A DNA stretch of 64,000 bases from Macrostomum hystrix (Eukaryota; Animalia; Platyhelminthes): positions 1,116,001-1,180,000 of the forward strand of contig CATNEN010000029.1 of the NCBI GenBank assembly GCA_950097015.1, read 5' to 3'. A model generated the notes under the pieces. It was not told the origin of the DNA, did no database searches, and saw only the letters and a list, made by a program, of their open reading frames with translations. How positions within the stretch are numbered: position 1 is the stretch's first letter; each line of letters starts with the position of its first letter. The translations under genes and the position numbers were made by a program. This document shows, in pieces, positions 25,690 through 37,332 of the stretch.

Positions 25690-25919
25690 TTGCTAAATCC
25701 CTGTTAGTTGAGTGATCTCTGATTCGAAATAGGATGCACTGGAACGGAGGGGGAACTCGTAATATATAATTCAAGCAATGCTTGACAACAAAGCCAACAC
25801 GCTCTTTGACTCACTAGACCTTAACTTCTCATCATAAATTATTAATAGCAGAAAGTTTCGAGAATATTTCGAACAGCCACACTTGTTTTCTGTATTTCTA
25901 AATTATTCTAACAATCGCC

Positions 25920-26570
25920 ATCTCCCAGATCTCCCACCTGTCATATCCCAGATCTCCCACCTGTCATATTCCAGATCTCCCACCTGTCATATTCCAGATC
26001 TCCCACCTGTCATATCCCAGATCTCACACCTGTCATATCCCAGATCTCACACCTGTCATATCCCAGATCTCCCACCTGTCATATCCCAGATCTCCCACCT
26101 GTCATATCCCAGATCTCCCACCTGTCATATCCCAGATCTCCCACCTGTCATATTCCAGATCTCCCACCTGTCATATTCCAGATCTCCCACCTGTCATATC
26201 CCAGATCTCCCACCTGTCATATCCCAGATCTCCCACCTGTCATATCCCAGATCTCCCACCTGTCATATTCCAGATCTCCCACCTGTCATATTCCAGATCT
26301 CCCACCTGTCATATTCCAGATCTCCCACCTGTCATATTCCAGATCTCCCACCTGTCATATCCCAGATCTCCCACCTGTCAAATTCCAGATCTCCCACCTG
26401 TCATATTCCAGATCTCCCACCTGTCATATTCCAGATCTCCCACCTGTCATATTCCAGATCTCCCACCTGTCAAATTCCTGATCGCCCACCTGTCATATTC
26501 CAGATCTCCCACCTGTCATATCCCAGATCTCCCACCTGTCATATTTCAGATTTCCCATTTAAAATATTCC
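25920..26570. repeat. 23-bp minisatellite
   Basis: Unit TCCCAGATCTCCCACCTGTCATA. Confidence 0.95.
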
Positions 26571-27079
26571 AGATCTCATTGAAAAATTAAACCTTTTACA
26601 AAGAAAATAACTAAAACAAAATGGACTCATAGAAAATAGACAGTGCATCAGGATCGGCCTAAATAGAGAAATGATTTTATTTTTATCGATACAATTTCCT
26701 TAACAATTGTTAACAAAATACACAACACACTGCTGTCAGTAGCTGGCTTGGGTGACAGGTCAATCTACCAGACATCTACCAGACAATCTACCGGGCTTGT
26801 GGCGGCTTGCAACGGGCACTAATTTTAAGACTAATCGCCATTTAAAAATTCTATGATGCATCGAGCAAAATACTCGCTGCAAATCAAGCTACTTACAGTA
26901 GTTTAATTTAAAAGTACAATTACAACAATGGGATTAGCCACTGCTGGAGAGTTGTGACCGCCATTATTTCTTAGGACAAATCAAGGCCAAAATTTTAAAT
27001 ACTAACAAAAATTTTTCAAGCATTATAAATAGTAAGCTATTCGATCTTAGCTATTCTACAAATACTAATTATAGGCTTA

Positions 27080-27535
27080 TAATATTCGAAATCCCAGATT
27101 CCGGATTCGAAATCCCAGATTCCGGATTTGAAATCCCAGATTCCGGATTCGAAATCCTAGATTCCGGATTTGAAATCCCAGATTCCGGATTCGAAATCCC
27201 AGATTTCCGGATTTGAAATTCCAGATTCCGGATTCGAAATCCCAGATTTCCGGATTCGAAATCCCAGATTTCCGGATTCGAAATCCCAGATTTCCGGATT
27301 CGAAATCCCAGATTTCCGGATTCGAAATCCCAGATTTCCGGATTTGAAATTCCAGATTCCGGATTCGAAATCCCAGATTTCCGGATTCGAAATCCCAGAT
27401 TTCCGGATTCGAAATCCCAGATTTCCGGATTCGAAATCCCAGATTTCCGGATTCGAAATCCCAGATTTCCGGATTCGAAATCCCAGACTCCATATTCGAA
27501 ATCCCAGATTCCGGATTCGAAATCCTCGATTCCGG
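27080..27535. repeat. 21-22-bp minisatellite
   Basis: Unit CGAAATCCCAGATTTCCGGATT. Confidence 0.95.
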
Positions 27536-27683
27536 ATCAACAATCTTTTATTCCTGTCATATAAAACTGGATCATGGCTTTTTCAAATTCTATGTTCCGG
27601 TTTCTAAGAGTTGAACAATAAAGTCACTGAAAAATAAGTGGAACAAACACTACAAAAGCAACCAGGAAAAGCATCAGAATCGA

Positions 27684-30600
27684 TCACCCGCCAGAAGGAT
27701 CCCGACCGCAAAAGCGCCTGTAGGCCTCTACAAAGCTGTGCCCGCTGTCCGGCTGCAGGAAGCTATCAGCAAATCTGGCGCCCATATCGTCATCGCCGCC
27801 GGTTGTCTTCGCCGATGTCAAAACGCCGACCGCGTCCATTGCCAGCATCGTGTTGAACAGTCGGTCAACAGCCGATTCTCTAAAGCCCGGCATGCCAAAG
27901 ATGTCCAAAGCGGAGCAGGGCCACTCGTCGTCTGGCAGATCGGGCTGGAAGAATGGCAGATAATCCTTGCCTAGAGAGATCTGGGCCCTCTGCCAGTTGG
28001 CGTCAGTGCACCACATCTCAATAGCGTATGCGGCCCGATAGCAGATTTTGAGCAGATCCATAGCCCGCTGTCCAATCAGCAGTTCCGACAATGCCGGCCA
28101 ATCAGGTTGCTGTTGGCAGCCATTGGCCAGGAGTTGCTGAATGGAAGCATCCGGCCATGAGGCTAGGCTGCGCAGCACAGCCGGCAGGAAGTAGGAGCGC
28201 GGTTCCCGCCTGTCAGGCGTCAGGAAAGGTCCCATGGCCGGGTGTCCGGTCAGCTGTTGAAGAGCGACACTTAATTTTTCAGCCATAGCCGCTGAATCTG
28301 TGCAGGCGGCAATTGGCAGATCCCAGGCCTGGTAGGCTAGAGGCAGCTCCTGCTCCTGTTGGTTGCCATTAGCAACGGCGCTATTGCCGACGCCGTAGAG
28401 CCGAGCTAGGCAGCCAGTGCCGCCAAGGAATGGATAGACAATCTGCGGCAAAAAGGAGATGGGGCAGGGGCTATTGCTGTCACCACAAGGAGAGAGCATT
28501 TTATGAGCACACACACGCTATAAAGGGTGAGGAGTCTATGAGCACCCAAAGCTATAAACAGTGAGAAGTCTATAGTCTATGAGCACCCAAAGCTATAAAG
28601 GGTGAGGAGTCTATGAGCACCCAAGCTGTAAAGGGTGAGGAGTCTATGAGCACACCAAGCTATAAATGGTGAGGAGTCTATGAGCACACCCAAGCTATTA
28701 AGAGTGAGGAGTCTATGAGCACACCCAAGCTATTAAGAGTGAGGAGTCTATGAGCACACCCAAGCTATTAAGAGTGAGGAGTCTATGAGCACACCAAGCT
28801 ATAAAGGGTGAGGAGTCTATGAGCACACACACGCTATAAAGGGTGAGGAGTCTATGAGCACACCAAGCTATAAAGGGTGAGGAGTCTATGAGCACACCCA
28901 AGCTATTAAGAGTGAGGAGTCTTTGAGCACACCCAAGCTATTAAGAGTGAGGAGTCTATGAGCACACCCAAGCTATTAAGAGTGAGGAGTCTTTGAGCAC
29001 ACCCAAGCTATTAAGAGTGAGGAGTCTATGAGCACACCCAAGCTATAAAGGGTGATAAGAACAAAATTTACCAAGACTTAGAATAAAGACGTTTATGAGC
29101 AAATTTTAAGTTGCGTTTTAAAATGTTTTGTTGATACAAGTAACTGCTCAGAATCGCCAAGAACAGAGGCCTCATAAACTGACCTTGCGCATCCGTCCAC
29201 CGGACAGCCAGACAAGGCGACCCAAAACCGCGCCGCGTCGCAGATCGCGCAAGTCGAATGCTTCGACAGTGTGATGCGGATGCAGTTGGGCAGCTCTGGC
29301 TGTCAGCTGGTCATTTGGCTCGAATGATAGGCCAATCAGTTGCCGGATTAGATCGAACCAGTTCTGCCTTAGCTGGCTCATTGGCACCTTTGGCGGCCAA
29401 TTGTACTCGTACAGCAATCTCCGCTGCCAGTATTCCCAATCCCAGGCCTGAAGCGGTCCGTCAATGAGGCCGCCATTGTCCTGGGCGAAGTCGCAGACCC
29501 GATTGAAATGATCCAGCGCGATTGGCTGGTAGCGACGTTTTAACACTTCTAGTAGGTCCACAACAGACTGCACCGACTGAGGCAGGCCGTCCTGTTTAAG
29601 AAGGGAACCTTCCGGATTTAGCCAATGCCCGCCTACTCCGCTTCTGTTCTCAACTCAATCCGCTTCTGTTCTCAACTCACTCCACTGCTGTTCTGAACTC
29701 ACTCCGCTTCTGTTCTCAACTCACTCCGCTTCTGTTCTCAACTCACTCCACTGCTGTTCTGAACTCACTCCGCTTCTGTTCTCAACTCACTCCGCTTCTG
29801 TTCTCAACTCACTCCACTGCTGTTCTGAACTCAATCCGCTTCTGTTCTCAACTCACTCCACTGCTGTTCTGAACTCACTCCACTGCTGTTCTGAACTCAC
29901 TCCGCTTCTGTTCTCAACTCACTCCGCTTCTGTTCTCAACTCACTCCGCTTCTGTTCTCAACTCACTCCGCTTCTGTTCTCAACTCACTCCACTGCTGTT
30001 CTGAACTCACTCCACTGCTGTTCTGAACTCACTCCGCTTCTGTTCTGAACTCAATCCGCTTCTGTTCTGAACTCACTCCGCTTCTGTTCTGAACTCAATC
30101 CGCTTCTGTTCTCAACTCACTCCGCTTCTGTTCTGAACTCAATCCGCTTCTGTTCTGAACTCACTCCGCTTCTGTTCTCAACTCACTCCGCTTCTGTTCT
30201 GAACTCACTCCACTGCTGTTCTGAACTCACTCCGCTTCTGTTCTCAACTCAATCCGATTCTGTTCTAAACTCAATCCGATTCTGTTCTCAACTCACTCCG
30301 CTTCTGTTCTGAACTCACTCCACTGCTGTTCTGAACTCACTCCGCTTCTGTTCTCAACTCAATCCGCCTCTGTTCTGCTGTCTCACCTGGCCGCACTGTC
30401 TAAGATCGACAGCCACTTTGTTCTCATATCCGAGTGCTTCGCTGAGCGTATCGAACGCAGTCCTCTGGTCGGCAATATTAGTCTGATTATCCAATCGCAT
30501 CGCCGAATGCCGCCTCCTACCGGCTAAGCCGTTGTGCGCTGTCCAGGCGGCCTGCCTTGAAGCCCGATCCCGGCACACCTGCATAAACTCCTCGTACAGT

Positions 30601-32450
30601 CCTGGCGCGAGTGTCAGCACGTACAGGCTATTGTCATTAGTAGATAGCAGATGCTGGAGAAACTCAGGTCTAGTGTAGGGCTCGAATAATTGCGGATCGC
30701 TTATCGCCATGCGATAGAAGCTGCCCGTAGTTGCTACATTGGTCTCAAATCTGGCCTGCAATTCTGCCAGAAGGCGCAGCTGGGTAGCAACGTGAGACAT
30801 CTGCTTTGGAGGCTGGCTGACTGTGCTATCATAGAAACTGGCTCTGCGGCATTCGCGAATCTCTTTGTTCACCACCCAGATCTGCTGGTCCGTGAGGGCT
30901 GCAGAAAAACATAACATTGTTTACGGAGGAAGATTTGATTCCTTAAGTTTTTCTATACATAATCACACTAACGAGTCCTAAAGTACTGATTAGATGACGA
31001 AGCATTAAACTACATAATATAAGGCATAGTTACTCGAATTGTTTACCCTACTTGTATCGGCCCCACTAGGTCACTACGCACAGCCGCAGCTATTGCGCGG
31101 CGCATCTTAAGGTTGCGTACGGCAGTTCAGTCCATGGACTGGGGGGACGCCACACCCACACCCAAATTATCCCAGCTAATGCTGGTACCCATTAAACAGC
31201 TCGATGAACTGAAGCATTGTAGATTTAAGTGTCAAAAAAATGTTCCAGTGGAGCGAGAATCGAACCCCCGAATTTCAAGTCGTGAGTCCAACACTTTAAC
31301 CACGGGGCTACAACATTTAAATATATGTGAAATTATCATTCAAGTAGTAAATTAAAGGATTCATAAACGACAAGAGTACTCACACTTGTCCAAATTGCGC
31401 ACCCTCACTAGGCAGGCCAGATAGTCCGCATCCTGGTAACACTCTTGCAGATGCATTCGCAGTTTAACTAGCAGGCTATCAACTAGGCGAGCGTGCGAAC
31501 TAACCAGCTCTGTCTGGTCTAGGGTGACAGCTAACTGGCCAGCCCAGATCAGTTCCAATAGGCGGCACCGGTGCTGCAGCAGAGGCTGAATCAGTTGATC
31601 AAAGCTGGCCGCAGCGGACTGGGTGTCGCCCGAATCTGGAGATATAGAGAGACAGAGAACAAGTATATCTAACAGCCAGTAACACAGCCGCAGCTATTGC
31701 GAGACGCATCATTTGGTGAGACTATAGACCAGCAGCCAGCGAGGAGGCAATTCTGCTTATTTCGATGACTCCTGAGCACACACTCACACAAGTGTGTACA
31801 TCTGCCCTGACTTTCGCATCGTCAGGCAGTGTACCTTGGAGGCTGGCCCTCAGGGGCGTAAATTGCACGACTAACCCTTAAGCCTTCTCACCTCGGCTGC
31901 ACCCCAATTTAATGTGGCCTCGCCGCGGAATCGAGCTCAGGGAGCTTGGTGCGAGAGGCAGAGTACGTGTTACCGCTTCGCAACTCACCCTCCCACAAGC
32001 AAGAAATTAGGCTAAATTGAATAATTCATCCTAATTTTTCAACAAAAGACAACTCTTCGCTAGGATAGTTGCATTACCAGCCACTGCAGCATCCAGTAGC
32101 TGATCGTGCAGTGTGGCACTAGCCTGCAGTTCGCGGTGCACTTTGTCGTAGTAAGCTAGCCAATCGATGCCATCCGATAGAACCAGCCTGCAACCGTTGG
32201 CACTGTCGGTGAATAGGTTCGAGTCTGCCAGATTGTGTCTAGGCACATCCGGTATGCGAATATAGACTGGAACTTCTCGACGCTCATGTCGAAACGCCGG
32301 ATAGACAGTGTCGGGTAGGACGTGCTTCAACCATTGCCTGCCGCCAGCTGAGCTGAGGCATCTGCCGCCAGTGAGAATCAACGGACTTGTCGGGCGCAGC
32401 AGTTGGCTGCAGCCGCTGCACAATAGCAGCTGCTTTGCGGCTCTCAGCAT
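27684..32450 (-). CDS. M3A oligopeptidase A-like protein, 767 aa, probable mitochondrial presequence, catalytic HExxH absent (pseudo-peptidase)
   Basis: Exons 32450-32078, 31635-31384, 30898-30387, 29591-29184, 28442-27684; GT-AG with consistent phases (2304 nt). Collinear M3A-like segments recognised by eye: FDQLIQPL, LTDQQIWVVNKEIRE, FDTLSEALGYEN, LQAWDWEYWQRR, LIRQLIGLSFEP, WPCSALDIF, GARFADSFL...FVEAYRRFCGRDPS. Confidence 0.8.
28500..29055. repeat. 33-35-bp intronic minisatellite
   Basis: Unit AAGAGTGAGGAGTCTATGAGCACACCCAAGCTATT. Confidence 0.95.
29635..30380. repeat. 22-bp intronic minisatellite filling almost the whole intron
   Basis: Unit CCGCTTCTGTTCTCAACTCACT. Confidence 0.95.
31125..31318 (-). 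mobile_element. tRNA-derived CORE-type SINE (family B)
   Basis: Minus strand TAGCCCCGTGG / GGTTCGATTCT boxes, then GACACTTAAATCTACAATGCTTCAGTTCATCGAGCTGTTTAATGGGTACCAG, resembling the CORE domain. Confidence 0.65.
31735..31990 (-). mobile_element. SINE family A copy
   Basis: Reverse complement matches family A. Confidence 0.85.
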
Positions 32451-33009
32451 GTGGCCTGGTTAGGTCCAATTCAGCTGCAGTTAGTATTAGGTACACAATT
32501 TATTTTAGTTTTGTTAGTAATATCAGTTTCTTCTGCCTGTCCAATTCTTTTAAAACAATCAAAAATAGAAAATGTTAGCATTTTATTTTAGTCTATTACT
32601 CTATTAAATGTGATACTTTGATTAAAAATATATAATATTTATAGATTCTACCCTAGAAAGAGTAGAGTAGTGTGTGCAATCCTCCCTAGAGATTGCAAAG
32701 CTAAGCCACTTGAAACTTTTCTGATATCATGCTTATAAAGAATCAATGATAAATAAACACATTTAGAAGTAATTGCTAGCATTTTGCATGTTTAGAACTA
32801 ATTGAAAAGTTATATCTTGAACTAATTTTAAGGTAATACTTAGAAATGAATCACTCAATCCAATATTCTAACTGCATAGTGAATAAACTGCCACAATTAG
32901 TAGACTAAAATGCCAGCTACTAGGATTTTATAATTCTTATAACTTTAATTTTTAGTTTACCAGCTTTTTTATATTTTATTTTAGTTTACCAGGCCTAACC
33001 TAGTTCAGG

Positions 33010-33355
33010 GGAGATTGGCAGAGTAGTTAACTGTTTGCCGCTTGTGCCAAGATCTCTGAGCCCAATTCTGCTGTGAGGCCAGATTCATTTGGGGCACAGC
33101 TTTGGATAGAAGGCTTGGGTGTGTTGTGCAATTGATACCATTTAAGGCAAACCTCCAAGGCACAGTGAGTGTGCACACTGCCAGACAATGAGAAAAAAGG
33201 GCAGATGTACATATCTATGAGTGTGTTCCTGCATAGAGTATCCATGTGCTTGTGTGCTTAAGAGTCAACAGAATGGACAGAATTCCTATTTTTGCTGGCT
33301 ACAAGTCTAGTGTCACCAAATAGTATGCCATTGCCTACAAGCCTCCTATAATAAA
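33010..33355 (+). mobile_element. older, diverged SINE family A copy
   Basis: TTGGCAGAGTAG head and recognisable body (AGGGCAGATGTACA, CTAGTGTCACCAAA). Confidence 0.75.
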
Positions 33356-35259
33356 ACAAATATTGTAAACATACAGCAAAGAATGGATTCTCATTGAAAT
33401 CAGTTTTATCTTCATTAATGATTGAGCTGCCCATAAAACTGATATCAGTATCATCAAAATCATGTCACAATAGCATGTCATATCAAGAGAGCATTAGAGT
33501 TAACCAGAACCCAGAAGCTTAGAAAACTCCCAAAGTGCCAATCTGAATTATACTATATGATAAGCATATAATCCTGTCAATTCATATGACATATTCATAA
33601 TAAAAAAGGTTGATAGCCTGCAAATATCTATATATCATATTGAGATTTCAGAATATAAACCAGACATCACTCATTAGAAGCTTTTAAACTTAGAGCCATA
33701 TTATAATAATATTAATATTACTGCTTTGTAGTCTAGTTTGGTGCTTAAATTGACCAAAAAATACATTTTTTTGCATAATAGGCCTAACCTAAGCCTTGAA
33801 CAAAAGTATAGCTTTTTGCCAATCTTCTTATTTTATGTTAAGGTATAAAAGCTTATGAATGGTTGCTTTTCAGACAAAGACTTGGTCTTGGCTTAAATGG
33901 CAGTGGCAGGCCTATTTATTTGCAGTTTTGATACCATGGCATAAGATTACATTATACATTAAAACCAGGACAATCATATTTTACTACTAGGCCCACCCAA
34001 CTTAGTTTTTTGTTTAAATTAGGCCTAGCATTTTCTCTCACATCTTAGATGCCTTAATCTCCATCTCATATACTAAGATTATAATAATTTTCCCTACCAA
34101 AAACTACATTCTAATCTAATATAAGGTTCAATTAAAAACTATGGGAATCAAATTATTATCAAGCACAATTTTCTATCATTTCCTAATTCCTCAGACATTA
34201 TTTTATAATAAAGAACTCTAAAAATACAAAGTTTTTTAATAATACTAAAAAGGAATTTAGTTTAATTTAAGTAAAATAGTTAAGGTAGGCTTATTATTTC
34301 CTAGAAAAATTGTATATATGAACAGTGCAGGCTACATACAAAAAGATAAATGTTGACTTTTTTGTTTGAATACTTTAGTTTACATATGGGTGATACTGAT
34401 AGGGGCATGATAATAGGAACTTTTTGAATAAAAAGGACCCATTTTACTTCTGGATTTACATATTGGTTTAGTAAAAACATAATTTATCGAAGTCACAAAC
34501 ATACTGTAGTTATGAATATATGGGCAGCCGGTCGCAATATACGTTGTTACCCTAGCAAATAAATAAATCGGCTTTGTCCATAACTTCAAAAGCATAAAGT
34601 TAGGCATGTTGTAGTAGCAATAAAGGACGGCAAATGCTTTCTGAGAATAAGCTACCCCTGCTGAAAAGGATTTTTTATAGATTTTTGTGCGGTCGCATCA
34701 CATCAGCATTTTTGTGTTTGTTATATTTTACGTTACGCATTATAAAGGCCTAGGACCAAGAAGGACGGGACACTTCGTTTCTTGATAAATTTATTAAAGC
34801 AGAGTTTCACAAAAATGCACTAGCGAGATAGAACTATTCAAATTTTTCACATCAAAATGTTTATAACTTTTCATAAGAAGAATATCCCATGAAGAAAATT
34901 TAATGCTGTTCTTTTGAGATATATCTTAATTTGCAACATATGTTGCTTCAACGAACTTCAGAAAGCTTTGTTCATGAACAACTGATCTTATTTTTATTTT
35001 CCTTCATGTATCATGAAGTCCAATAGCAACCAATCAGACATAAATTTTGCCTATAGTTTGGCCTACTGATTTGTTGATGAAAAAATTCGACAAAGTTCTC
35101 GAAATTTACTTGATTTAGAAAGTGACTGTAAAGTTGAGTAAGTCACGAGATAGCCTATAGCTATTGGCTTACTATTTTGCCTCATGATAAACTGCAAATC
35201 TATTAAAACAAGCTCGACTTTTATCTTCAAAAAACTTCAAAAAACATAAGGGCAAGGGC

Positions 35260-36560
35260 GGACTCTGCGGAAAGGTTGGGCATCTGAAGGCCGTGTGCAG
35301 AAGCGGTGGAAATTCTCTGACAAAGAGCTGTGTTCCATCAGTGCAGTTACTGGTAAGACACCTGAACCTGATGACTATGATAATGTTCTTATCGTTGGCG
35401 GCGAACGGTTCAAAGGGCAGGTGGTCAACTCACGTTCAAATGTTGTTGGACACGGGTCTGACGTTTCACAGCTGTCCCTTGCTGAATTCAGTCAGCTGAA
35501 GGAGCACGCCAATAGAGACCAGAAAACTCGCAGGTTCAATGATTATAACGGCAATGATATTGGCCTGTTAGGTGTCTCACATGTCAGTGTAGTTTATAGA
35601 GAATTCAGCTGTATATAGTGATATCAGGCGGCACTATTTTAGTATTGATTGGCTCGATGCTACAGATGCTGAGCAACTGCAGGTGAGAGTTGCATCATCA
35701 CCAGCTAAAGTGTCAATCACATTGGCTGATGGCACTAAGCCAATTTTCTGCAAACCACGAGCTGTTCCATTTGCCACCCGGGACCAAGTGAAGGAAGAAC
35801 TCGACAATCTGGAGAAAGAAGGCAAGATAACCAAAGTGGACGACAGTTCACTGGGCAACGTCACTCTGAATGACCATCTGAACAGGATGGTCACAATTAC
35901 TGCGGCAGAAGATGACATTTTTGCTGAGCTGCATGGCTCAAAGATATTTTGTACTTTGGACTTGACAAATGCCAATCTGCAGTTACCACTTCAGTATGTA
36001 TAAGTCTTCCAAGTTGATAACAATTTCAACACATTTTGGACTTTTCCGATAAAACTTCCTAACGTTCGGAATCAAGCAGTGCCATCTTTCAAAGTTTCAT
36101 GGATCGAATTCTGTTTGGCATGAAAAATGTGCATTCCTATCAGGATGAAATACTAGTGCATGGAAAGGATAAGCAAAGTCATGATCAGCAGCTAAATGCC
36201 GTTCTGAACGGACTGAAAGAGCACAGTCTGACGGTGAACATGGAGAAGGCACAATTGGACAGCTAGAGGTGGAGTTTCTGGGATTTCTGATTAACAAGCA
36301 AGGAATTCGACCAACCCGAAGAAACTTGATGTCACATTGCAATTCAAGGAACTAACAAATGCAGCTCAATTGCGATCCTTCATTGGCATGATGGAGTTTT
36401 ATTCTAATTTTCAGCCAAACCTCTCGGAAGTGAAGGAACCACTGAGTCAGCTACTCAGGCAGAACACACGTTGGACATGGCAAGCAAGTCAGAAGCAAGA
36501 CCTTGAAAAGCTGAAGCAAATGCCAGCTAGAAGCAACACCATTGAAGCCATTCAATCCAA
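35260..36560 (+). mobile_element. decayed Ty3/Gypsy LTR-retrotransposon gag-pol relic
   Basis: Zinc knuckle CGKVGHLKAVC (35266), protease LLDTG (35449), RT segments KPRAVPF, IFCTLDL, YQDE in place of YxDD (36138), VEFLGF, LRSFIGM; many frameshifts and stops; no integrase or LTR seen. Confidence 0.85.
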
Positions 36561-37332
36561 GCGACAGGTTATCACGCTTGACATGTGCTGCTTCCTCCAA
36601 CCTCTGGAAGCCCACTCGAATCCACCAGCCATGGAGGCAGAACAAGAGGTCAAGCCTTTACCGCCTTATTCTCAAACTCACAGACTGTATATAATTCTTG
36701 AACGCTTACGAGTGCTTTGGCCATAGACGCACGAGTAAGCGTTCATGAATTTCATTCTTATTAGAGCCATTCTAACCATAGACAAAATTAATATTAATAA
36801 TAAAGTGTGGAGGGAGGAAAGAGAGAGGGTTAAAAATGAATCAAATACATATAAATAAATTGTTTGCGTGCAGGAACGGAGAGTGTCATTCCTGCACGAT
36901 GTCCATGTGTAAAACAGTGGAGATTTTGGCCATAGATTATTTCATTCCCGCACGCTGGCTCAAATAAGACTGAGTCTGCCGAAAGACTAAATAAATTTCA
37001 CTAATGGCTAAAAATGTTAAATTGTATAATATCTGGCTCTGAATAGCACTCCATTCTATACTTTCCTCCATGCCTCTACCACGAAGTAAGTTCTGCGGAA
37101 TTGAGAGCCGAGCAAAATGCAGCACGTGTAATTTATTGCCTTTTTGCAACTTCTTCACACAAGCAACGTATTACGTATAAACCTGGAAATACGACCATAA
37201 GCTGCAAGAAATGCAATTAGCATTTCATAAATGAAAGCGAGCTCAGATTTAACTTTTGAGTCTGCTAACATTCCACAAGAGAATCTAAAATTGATTGAAC
37301 AGCGAAAGAACTCAGGACAAGTATCGGTCGGC

